Below, piece after piece: positions 53,121-64,000 of a stretch of 64,000 nucleotides of DNA. The translations under genes and the position numbers were made by a program. Each line of letters starts with the position of its first letter. The stretch's first letter is position 1. The notes beneath the pieces were generated by a model. It saw only the letters and a program-made list of their open reading frames with translations, searched no databases and was not told where the DNA came from. The DNA is from Tubulanus polymorphus (taxonomy: Eukaryota; Animalia; Nemertea): positions 29,244,299 to 29,308,298 of the forward strand of contig NC_134025.1 in NCBI RefSeq assembly GCF_964204645.1, in the 5' to 3' direction.

Positions 53121-53937
53121 CGTGACCTGCTGGGGCACGGTATCGGGTTCGTGACCTGCTGGGGCACGGTATCGGGTTCGTGACCTGCTGGGGCACGTTA
53201 TCGGGTTCGTGACCTGCTGGGGCACGGTATCGGGTTCGTGACCTGCTGGGTCACGGTATCGGGTTCGTGACCTGCTGGGGCACGCTATCGGGTTCGTGAC
53301 CTGCTGGGGCACGGTATCGGGTTCGTGACCTGTTGGGGCACGCTATCGGGTTCGTGACCTGCTGGGGCACGGTATCGGGTTCGTGACCTGCTGGGGCACG
53401 GTATCGGGTTCGTGACCTGCTGGGGCACGGTATCGGGTTCGTGACCTGCTGGGGCACGGTATCGGGTTCGTGACCTGCTGGGGCACGGTATCGGGTTCGT
53501 GACCTGCTGGGGCACGGTATCGGGTTCGTGACCTGCTGGGGCACGGTATCGGGTTCGTGACCTGCTGGGGCACGGTATCGGGTTCGTGACCTGCTGGGGC
53601 ACGGTATCGGGTTCGTGACCTGCTGGGGCACGGTATCGGGTTCGTGACCTGCTGGGGCACGGTATCGGGTTCGTGACCTGCTGGGGCACGGTATCGGGTT
53701 CGTGACCTGCTGGGGCACGGTATCGGGTTCGTGACCTGCTGGGGCACGGTATCGGGTTCGTGACCTGCTGGGGCACGGTATCGGGTTCGTGACCTGCTGG
53801 GGCACGGTATCGGGTTCGTGACCTGTTGGGGCACGGTATCGGGTTCGTGACCTGCTGGGGCACGGTATCGGGTTCGTGACCTGCTGGGTCACGGTATCGG
53901 GTTCGTGACCTGCTGGGGCACGGTATCGGGTTCGTGA
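53121..53937. repeat. 29-bp GC-rich minisatellite, ~28 copies
   Basis: Unit CGTGACCTGCTGGGGCACGGTATCGGGTT head-to-tail with no spacers. Confidence 0.97.
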
Positions 53938-55184
53938 AGGCATTTCTAAACATTTGATATCGTTTTTTATGGGATTGAATTATGTGGGTTTTATCTATTT
54001 TGTGACATTTCATTCCACCCGATTTAGTAGTACAGCAGAATCAATGACTTAACTAATAGATATCAAAGTAAGCTTGATGTATATATATATATGTCATATG
54101 CCAAAGGCATTTCCAGTCTGTTCAATTTAGACAAGAATAGATACCCAGCATTACTGCTTGTGACTGAATTATAGAATACGGCATAGAGCGTTTCGTGAGT
54201 CGACGATTTTCACTCATTCATCTCAAAATTAAAATTGTCCAGTTTACGAAAAGCGCGGCAGAATACAACAACATGCTGTGAATGAGACTTGATCGCATTA
54301 TATTCTATAGCGTTCCATTTTTTTGTACACAAATTAATCAATTTTTCAATGTAAATAACACCAGAACATTCAATTCGTGTATTAATTGTATTAGCCAATT
54401 TCTTTCGGAAATATGATTGATTCAGGCAGCTGTATCGGATTGATAAAACGGAGAGGACTTACCCTTACCCTTCGTTGTGTGTTGTTCCTGATCAATGTCG
54501 CTCGACTACAGATTTATCAGACGCGCCGATTAAAAGATACGGATAGAAGTTACTATGGTAACACCTGTCTTTACTCTTTCTATGAAATGCTGATGATGTT
54601 GCCGGTATAGATGTGCTATGCGTATAATCTATGGTTGATTTTTTCAAAAATATTCTGAGGGTATAGTTGCTTATCTTGGAAGATTACGATCGCTGGTATC
54701 GGGCGACAAAATTTTTTTAGGCAACATTTCCGCTTATCTACGCCTGATATTCGTGACATTTAGATTGTGCTAAGATTAATGTCTTATAGAAGACGTTATT
54801 CTTGCTGATCCCAGAATTAATTTATTGTTGCCTCTTTTTTGCCTAAAACCAAAGTAATACAAAAGTTTAAACGTAACTGGTTTGGTTGTTATCAAGTGCT
54901 TCACGTATAAAGGCGTGATATTAACCATTCGTACATGTATACGCCTAACGTGATGAGAAATATAGGAATCAGAGTCATTCCTCTACGTCATCGTGATTAG
55001 AAATACTTGTTCTATCAAATGCGTCTTGTCTGACAGTCGTTTATACATCTTCTTGAAGAAAAATCTTCTTTAAAACGTTTCCTGAAGCATCAGGTTAAAG
55101 ATTCCATCCAGGTTTACGAGATGAAACATTAGAATAAGAACAATTCTTTACAATAAGTGTATTTTATTGTTTCCAATCAAATAA

Positions 55185-56556
55185 TTATACGCCGATATCG
55201 GGAACAGCTTCATAATAGCAGCCATCTTGGTTATAATGAAACACGTTGATCATTCCACATCGCGCCACGTGGTTTCCGCTGTTGATTTGTTTACCTCCTT
55301 TCGCTCCTGAACATTGAGTTTGATGAACGTCATTCTCCCATTTACCCGTGTCTTTCATGAAAACCTTCGAAAAATGAAAATAAAACATTAACTGCAACGT
55401 TGAGGATTGCGGCCTTACTGGGGAGTTTTCTACCCTTCATCAATAAACCCGTGGGATCCGAATCCGCTACTTCATCGTTAAATTATCGTTTTGCAGCGAA
55501 ACAAAGATAATTGGTCGTAGACCAGTGCTAAATATCGGTTTTGGAACTGAAAATTTCTAACGGATTAACTGTGATTTAGGTTTACCCTCTCACGACACAT
55601 TAGTCATAATGTTCGATATTTATCATTCTCCATTTGGCGGTTACTGACCTTGAATTCAAACATTCCATCGATCGTCTGTTCGCAGTTCACATCGGCATCA
55701 AACATCCAATAGTCGTCGCCGTATTTATTGAGTGGCGTATAACCGAATCCATACAGTTTCACTGTAGGATCTTTCCACATTTTACTTTCGCCTTTAGGTT
55801 TACTGAAATAGGCATCAAAATCTGCGAGTGAATTATCGTTACCAATAGAATCCTTATTTTATTAGGAAGGAGTATTGTTTGATTATATTAATGAAATGTG
55901 GTGACCTTGTAGATGGTTCCGATCTTCAATAACACGTGAAAGACTAAAACTCATACTTGTTTATTATGTTGCCACAACTTACACGTTCGTAGTCGGAGTT
56001 AACGGGGTCCCGGCAGCTTCCCCGAGATGACGAACGGCATATTGATCAAATTCCGGTCCCCACCAGTCTAGGTATTTGTCTTCCTTTGTCCATCTACTAT
56101 ATTTGACGCTCAATGAGAAATATTCTGGATTGATGTTGTGTTTTATGGCAATGGCACACGGGTCTTTACTAGCGTCACCGGGTTTACATACAGGTCGTGA
56201 CGTACCTGCGAAACATTTGGATAAAATGACTTTACATCTAAATATTTCATCGCTGGATGAGTGTTGCTAAGTTCTCCGCGCATTTGAAAAAAATATCGCA
56301 TACAACATTATTTTCTTGCTTCTGGCTTTAACGCAATCAATTTGTTTGTATATCCCTTCATATTTCAAAAAATTCTTCATTTACGCAAACAATCAATAGT
56401 GCAATATTATGCAGGATGAAGCCTACCTCCTCGGATGAACACATTATCACTGCCTTTCGGAATCTGGACGAATATTATCGTGCGTCTCCAGTTACCCGCT
56501 GACCAAACACTGGTAAAACATAGAACTAACAGTACTAAACCCGGTGTTAGTGACAT
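55185..56556 (-). CDS. Secreted stand-alone alpha-amylase C-terminal (AHA propeptide-like) domain protein
   Basis: Four exons: signal peptide + WRRTIIF..VFIRGG; CAIAIKH..DKYLDWWGPE..AAGTP..TTN; YGFGYTPLNKYGDDYWMFDADVNCEQTIDGMFEFK; WENDVHQ..SGNHVARCGMINVF. Confidence 0.8.
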
Positions 56557-57631
56557 TTTCACAACGCTATCTGAGGCCACGATCGTGTAGAATTCGTTCT
56601 ATAAATAGAGAAGGAGAAGAGACGATATCATGATGTAAATTGTGATATCTGAAACTGCGGAGATATCGCGTGAAATGCGAGGAACATATGTCCTATTCAC
56701 GACCCGGAAGAGACGAAGTAGGCGAGATTTTTGGTCAGGAAATATCGGTGCAAACGCATTAGCAAAATAAACTGACTCATCCGCAAACTACAGGCAGCGG
56801 CTGCGATAAGGGCCAGATAAATAATCAACATGAATTACGTAATTTCAGAGCGAAAAAAAATGCTATTTTCATTGAATTTGCGTTAGATTGAGCGGAACAG
56901 TGGCAGCGTTACGACGGACTCTGACTATATAGAGAGTTTTTGTCTCATCGGAATTTTGACGAACCTAAAAACCTCACTCGATAGAGACATTCTTTAGAGG
57001 AATGTATTTTCTCCGTCATCTCGGCCCGTTTCGAGATGCTTTATATTCGTTTAATATTCAGTAAACAATTTAAGTAAATATCGATACATTAGAATAGGGG
57101 GTACTCAAACGTTTAAGTTGTCGAAATGTAAACAAAACGAAATGACGTCGATGTATTTCCGCAATGAAACGCGATATCTAAACGGCAAGGTGAATTAAAC
57201 GAAGTGCCATTACGATAGACTCCGTGTCGTGAATAGTTCTATATTCCCTTCAATTTACAGCACGCGACTATTCGCGTGTTCCCATCGTCCAAAACACCAC
57301 TCTGTGATTTATCGTCGAATAATATCTCGGGAAACTATAATTTCCAAAGTATAATCAAAGAATCGGCGAAACTGATCATTCTTCAACCTGTGGAGTTATA
57401 CGCAGATTGATGTGCGAAGATTATGATGGCGAAATTTAAATAACAATATTGCCTGCGAATAAAATTCCAGCGAGCATGATTATGGAGGTGAAGATTTAAT
57501 TAAAGCCACACTCGCCATTTCCGTCTAGGTCCTCACTGTCGAAGACTGATAGTTTTCGTGGCAATAACATTCAATATCAGGACGCGGTAACAATTGGAGA
57601 ATTTATCGAAACGTTTTCACCTGATGATGCC

Positions 57632-59138
57632 ATGATTAGCTTAAGAATGTTGGCCTGGATTTGGATCAGCGTTACAGCATTATCCGGCGCTACGTACGGT
57701 TTTTCGGGTAAGGATGATATATTTACTCCTTATTTCTGCAATCTTCTTTTTGACAAAATAAACCAAGCTACCGATCAACATCACCGCTTACGAACTTGAC
57801 TATTTCATCGGAATTGAAATTTTAATATTCTTAGCATAAACATCATGGAATTGAACAGAAAATTGAGATGATCCTGTCGTTTTATCTGAAATGCATCTCC
57901 GCATTTTATTTCGTCATTGTGGTCGATAAAATCGCCGTCAAAAGCGAAGATAATTTGGTATTTCTTATCTACTATTTCCAGGGTATTGTTTTCCTACTGA
58001 TAAAATGCGCGTTAAACCAAAACATTATTTAGAATCGTTGAATTATATTTCGATCGATGATGTTGCCTCTGAAGGACAGTGCAGAGACGCTTGCATATCG
58101 GCATCGACTTACATCTGTCGCTCAGTTGAGTACACGAAGCGCAAACGGTGTCGACAATCGCTTTCCGACTCAGTTGAATGGCCAGACCGTTTAAAAACAT
58201 CGAACGATAACAATTTCTCTGAACGGGAATGCGCAACTAGTTAAGTATCTTTCATTCAATCGCATTGAGGACGCTCTAAGGGGCGTAGACAGACTTCAGT
58301 TTAGACAGTAAGTTAATAACCCGCTATAAACAAAGTATAAAGATTAAGAAGCGAATACTATTTTATCAAAAATCGAAATGAAAAGAAACGACGTCTCGAA
58401 CTCTCGCTAGGGATCATAAACGTCGAAATGTCGGCTCTTTTGATTTTAAGTTTTTGACAAATCAAATCCGTATATAACGGGTTACAAACTGATTCTCCAC
58501 GCCAGAGTGAGGCTATTTTACTATTCAGTTTGGGTAGGTTCTTTAGACTTTTTTGGTTTCGAAATGTTTGACAACTAGAATTCTCAATGAAATTGGTGAT
58601 AACCCATAACCTTTGACTTCCTTCGCGTTTTACAATGAAGTTGATACATGGATGTTGTATCCGTCCCCTGAACTTGTAACGAGGTTCCACTGTATTTAAT
58701 TTTTTCACTCAAAGGGCGGACATTTCGAACCCAACGAACCCAACGAACCTCTCAGCTACGCCCCTGGTTATTTTCACCAAACTCCTGCAACGCGACTGAC
58801 TGATCGCGTTGATATTCTTCATCTCTTCTAAAATTGTGTTATTTTAATCGTTTTTAGATGAGTTTCTTATGACGCACGTAATCGGGACATCGTTTGGACC
58901 GCCTCGGAATCAAATCGAATACGATTTCAGAGTTTACTCGACAGTTAGCGAATCGAGCACGAGGGTCTGCGCAATGAGATGCGCACAACAGTCGAATTGT
59001 CAATATTTTGCTCATTGCGCGACTGATAAATCGTGCCACCTAGCGGCATATATAAGCGGAACAACACCAATGGTCGATATATTCACTCTGAAGGATAAGT
59101 GTAAATTGCGAGCGAAGTTATCCGTGACGGCTAAATAA
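57632..59138 (+). CDS. Secreted PAN/apple-domain protein A
   Basis: Exons 57632-57707 (signal peptide), 57982-58239 (CRDAC....YICRSVEY....C), 58858-59138 (CAMRCAQQSNCQYFAHC....CHL). Confidence 0.85.
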
Positions 59139-59171
59139 TTTGTTTTCAATGATTAAACCACTTAGACAATC

Positions 59172-59925
59172 CAACACTAAGAATGAAAATAGAGCTCGAA
59201 ATGTTTCCTTGAGCCAGAACGTTTCGACTTTATCTTAATACACAGCCATCTTCCGGTATTCCTATAAGTAACTGTTAGGCCATTTTTTACAATAAGTTGG
59301 ATTACGGATTCGATGGACTTGAAATGATTGCGGAAGCGGGAAAAAATAAGAAAAAAAATATTTTTTTGTTTTTAAACTTGAATTCATTGCTTATTCAGTG
59401 ATCGGGGAGGGGGATAAAAATCACTTTATTTTGGAGGTCTACGTTGTCTATTTATTACCTACACGTATAACTGACGCCACCATTTATTGAACGATCCTGA
59501 CAAATATATCCATTAGAGCACCATTGTCCGCCCCAACTTTATAAATTTGTGTGTGATATCAAAAGATCGTGTGGCAGTTGAAAAGATTATGAATGGCTAT
59601 TTTTATTTTCATCTATGTTTTAGAAATAGCGGCGGGAAAAAAATATAAGAATATTTTTTTAATTTTTGTATTTAGTATTTAGTAGTATTTATTCATCATT
59701 TGGTTGTTACATTATTACATGATTGATATTATATAATATACAGAGAAACAATGTAACAAGAAAATGTGGGCTACACTTAGAGATCACAAGGATTTTATAC
59801 TAAGAATTAGAAGAATTCTGCGGCGGATCCGTAATCTTTCTAATGATAAAAACGGCCTTAGCCGAAACTATCTATAAAACTGTTAAGGAAACATTTCAGA
59901 CCCTATTTTTTCATTCTTAATGTTG
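59172..59925. mobile_element. Degenerate long-TIR element between the PAN paralogues
   Basis: caacactaagaatgaaaatag..gaaatgtttcctt mirrored by aaggaaacatttc..ctattttttcattcttaatgttg; no TSD confirmed. Confidence 0.55.
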
Positions 59926-60465
59926 TGTTTTATGTGAACTTGCATTTAGGTTCTTCTTTCTTGGGTGGAATCTAAAATCATGTTACCATCTAAATCTGTC
60001 CAATAATAATCTCATTGAAATCTACAGACGTTACGCACAGTGCCACCTTCTAACGTGTTTATTCATATGGGAATTTCAGCGGGTCGTTTTTAAATGACAA
60101 TTTCAAAATTAGAAAAAAATGTATTGGTTGGCTATACGGTAATTCTAATTTGACAGCTCATAGAAAAACTATTCGCAAAATCGACAACACACGGGGTTCG
60201 AACGCAAGCGGCGAGAAAATGACGTATCGCCCTTAATTTGAATAACAATTACTCGTGAAATAAAATTCCTCACGGCGTCATGGCTTGTTTTCATTGTGTC
60301 TTAAAGTTTAATTACGCTCGTAGCGCTTATGAGATTTTTTGCATGCAAAAAATAATGAATTGGTAGATTAAAAACTTTGCGCCATTTCAAAAGAAGCAAA
60401 CACGTTGAGAGCGTATGTTTGGAGAGAGCTCTAGTTTTAATAGAACCGACAGAATAATATGTACT

Positions 60466-61705
60466 ATGATGGATACATTATCTCGAATCGGAGTTTTTTT
60501 GGTAATAGTTATGTGCAGAAATCACGCAATTTCCACATCTCCGTACGATGGTGAGTAGAATCGCATTTATTAGTTCGTGTTTTATTATTCGAAATATAGC
60601 TGTCAAAACCATAGCCGTGAAACCGATTACAGTTCCACAATTCTGGGTTAAAACTTTACTTAACAGTTAAGTCAACCCGTACCGCTGCTGTGGCAATCGA
60701 GGATTCCACTCATGGCAGGCGAGGATCCACCAGGTTCCCAATTGTGTTAACTAAGAGTTAACTCAAACTCACTGATATGAAACTGGATCCCGATGTTATC
60801 AGAAACGTCTCTACCGTTATCACCTTATTACAATTAATGAATGTTTATGTTTTGAAATAACCATTTTAGGTATGTGTGTTCCCATTGATGCAATGATCGA
60901 GTATCCTCAACACTACCTGAATAGTTACAACTTCAATGTACTAACTGGTGTAATGACTCGCCAGGAATGCATTAACGCCTGTTACGTAGCCAAAGATTAT
61001 ATTTGCCGTTCAGCTGAATTTGTTAATGATTTCGCAAGTTGTCGCCATTCTTTAACGAACGCAAAGGAGAAACCCGGACGATTAATAAGCGCTATTTCAA
61101 GCGACTATTTGGAAAGACGATGTGCTAGTGGTAAGCATGAGAGTGTGGTAGAATCCGTTATGAAGCTGTATTTTTGGTATTTTGTGGGCTATGATTGCCA
61201 CATTAAATGGTCCAGGTTTGAGTATGATAAGCAAGACCGCCGTAGAGGTGAACAACGACCAAACTGTTTGGTGTCTAAGTAAACTCTGATTTATTTATCT
61301 ACTCGCTACAGCATAAATTCATGCGGGGCTTACATAGGCGGGGTTAAGAAGGTAACTGACATATAACAATTCCCGACATATTTAAAGTAAACACAATTTT
61401 GTCTTATAGATTCGACGATGGTAAACAGTATGATTGGAACATCATTTGGATTACAGACTGAAGTTCATAAAGCAACGACATCAACTTTCATGATATATGC
61501 TACTGCATATTCGATAAGAAGTACTACGGCTTGTGCGGTATGGTGCTCTCGACAAGCGAAGTGTCAGTATTTTGCGTATTGCGCCACGGAATTGACCTGC
61601 CATCTGGCGGAAACCAACGACTCCCCAAATAATGTTGACATTTTAACGTTTACTAACTGTAAAGTAAAAGCAAAATTATCGGTTAACTACAAATCGAATA
61701 TTTGA
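60466..61705 (+). CDS. Secreted PAN/apple-domain protein B (paralogue of A)
   Basis: Exons 60466-60550, 60870-61129, 61410-61705; same exon layout and motifs (HYL.S.N, YICRS.E, IGTSFG, CQYFA.CAT, CK..AKLSV). Confidence 0.85.
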
Positions 61706-61896
61706 TCATTTTCAACACCAGCCACTTCATTCCGTTCTACAAACGTAAGCTTTCTTTAATGTAACAATATCGTTTCAATAAAACAATTAAATAACTCGAG
61801 GTTTTTCTTATCATTCTGACGACCATGGGAATTACCGATGGTGCCATTGGTTACCTCAATGAGACATAGCAACTGTTTCTAAGAGTAACGCGTGCA

Positions 61897-62556
61897 ATGG
61901 GACTTGATTGTGGATTGTTTTGTTTTCCGCGAAAAAGAAAAAAAGTCGGAATATCATCCTCCGATCCTGATGTACGACCGGCCCCGATCGACACACGAAA
62001 CAGCAAGTCCGACTCTTTGATGCTGCAACGCAATCAGAAAACGATGGCGTCGTTCGATGTTAAAAATCAGCCTAGACACGCCTGCCGTCGGACGAAGGGT
62101 CGGAAAGGACTAGGTGACGGAGATCTGGGCACCACTATCTTTCATTCGCACGTTCGATTAGTTTTGAGAGCCAAATCCGCTGACTCACAGGTCTGTTTAA
62201 GATATGATCTTATTCTCATATAGAATTCTTACAAAATGAATGATTAACGGCTTGATATAGCTGATCCTCATAGATGACACATAATGATGTATTGCTTTAA
62301 AAACAGCCCTCTGATATCAAAGAAAGAAAATATGAAGAATATTACTTAAGAATTTGCAAAAACCTTTTTCCTAAAAATTTCCACGATCTCAATTCAGAAG
62401 AAAATATGAGATATTTATATATGTTTAAAGGATTCGATCTCCGATGATTCGTATGATGACTTATGGAGTTTAGGTCCCGGTCCTATTACACGCTTCAGAG
62501 GTTGGATGGAACGAATACGCGAGAGAAGAGATCTACTCAAAGAAATTACTCAATCG
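61897..62556 (+). CDS. 5' exons of an unidentified gene (continues downstream)
   Basis: Exon 61897-62190 (MGLDCGLFCFPRKRKKV...SQ|gt) and in-phase exon ~62430-62556 (DSISDDSYDDLW...KEITQS|gtaag). Confidence 0.55.
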
Positions 62557-64000
62557 GTAAGAATTAATCATCTAAATATCCAGTAAATTGTTATCAATAA
62601 CGAGGACTCTGTGTTACCAACTATCCCGCTAGATGGCGTGCGTAACTATAGGACATAGGACAACCCGAGCAAATAAGTTCATTTTCAAATAAATCTTCGT
62701 TTTAGCTTCCCAGAAATAAGACAAATCATGTCTCTTGATAAACTTTAGATAGATTAGCTCGATTTGTCATTCATCTCCAATAGAATTTGAGAAATTATGG
62801 AAATATTTTGATTGAATCTGAGAATCGTTGTCCGAACGCACGCTATCGACACCTGGTGGGTCCTCGCTTGCCACAAGCGGAATCCTCGATTGCCACAGTC
62901 GACTGAGGAGTCCTCATTATTCACCCCACATTTTTGATCCGTCATTCATTTCTCCTGTGTGATCAATTTTCCAGAATGAGATACGATCGACAGTGAAAGG
63001 AAGGATGCGCCAGGCTGCGATGGTTATTGGTTTTATTCCATTTCAAATAGATTTTCTTGACAATCCTCAATGAATCGATTTGTTTAACATTATTTTGCTT
63101 AAGCACTGCTGATTGGATATTTGATTTCAAGTAAAAACTAATTTGTCACGCGCTTACAATGTTTCGTTTCTGTTTTCATCCGAACTATCCTATACTCCAC
63201 TCACTGATCTGTTGGGGAAAATCCAAATCTTACACCCGAGAGTGTTTTTCTGTTTCACCAGGAGGATTTCGACCGATTCTTACGAGGCATTCTCGCTTAT
63301 ACAGGACACAACTGATCTAAGCGAGAAAAGTACGATTAGTTGTTTTACTAGGCTGTAGAATATGGCTGTCCTGTTATACATGTTATACACAATTTTCCAC
63401 AGTGCGGAACCAATAAAGCTCTCGTGTAGATTATTTATGCTCATAAGTCTGGTACTATGAGTTTCGCTAGGGTAAATTTCTTATCACAAAATTACAGGCG
63501 CCATTTTTGTTGCGTCGCTTTTTCGTAGTGAGAATTCAATTCGATGACGCGATCCCATCCATCAATTCGCATATCGACAGCCGCTTTTGGCGAGGTCTTT
63601 TAATTAAACACGAATTACGTGTCGGAAAGGGCTAAAAATAATTGAAACCGTCACCGCCGAGGAGAACATTCAATAAAACCCAACGCAGCAAACCATATCC
63701 TATATCATACGATATAGCAACGTGATCGGGGCATCAGAAAGCTGTAATTTATAGTTGATAGCAATCTTTGCTTGAATTCACGCGGGATTCGGTTGTAAAA
63801 TGCGCTTTATCGATGTCGTTAACGACAAAAGGCGAGATTAAAAATAGATTGATCTCGAATCAAACAGAAATGTCAATACGGAGCTGACGCAAACAGATAT
63901 CACTGCTATAACGAACGGATACAAGCAATCATTTCATTCGAAATTAACTCAATATGCAAACAATTCGATTCCTCGTTCCAAGCGTTTCAATGTATTTGTG

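Noticed and set aside
53103-54013. Long repetitive ORFs (PQQVTNPIPCPSRSRTRYRAPAGHEPDTV)n and CRISPR-like appearance
   Set aside because: 29-bp unit lacks stops so all frames are open; repeats are contiguous without spacers; no cas genes
58279-58766. hAT-like element (AGGGGCGTAG...CTACGCCCCT) with Tigger-like end inside
   Set aside because: Short TIR match only, no target-site duplication found; left unannotated

Overview
Eukaryotic (animal, probably lophotrochozoan invertebrate; inference) AT-rich, gene-dense genomic DNA with short GT-AG introns; no CRISPR array, rRNA or intact tRNA seen. In order: 3' part of a large extracellular gene whose first 6.7 kb is a near-perfect 208-bp exon+intron tandem array (>=33 almost identical calcium-binding EGF exons) followed by three EGF, one TSP1 and an unrecognised C-terminal domain; AMPK beta subunit; an apparently bicistronic SDHAF1-TAMM41 unit (13 nt between stop and start); a GPR180/TMEM145-like gene; two head-to-head paralogous 5-repeat cadherins, one with four extra N-terminal Cys-containing repeats; an orphan acidic gene; a PAN-like secreted gene; an LRRC74-like LRR/EF-hand gene with two intronless genes nested in one intron; ANKRD63-like; a 29-bp minisatellite; a stand-alone amylase C-terminal (AHA-type) domain gene; two tandem PAN/apple genes; the start of an unknown gene; plus several MITE/SINE-like elements. 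Exon coordinates were read by eye and identities rest on recalled motifs, not database searches.
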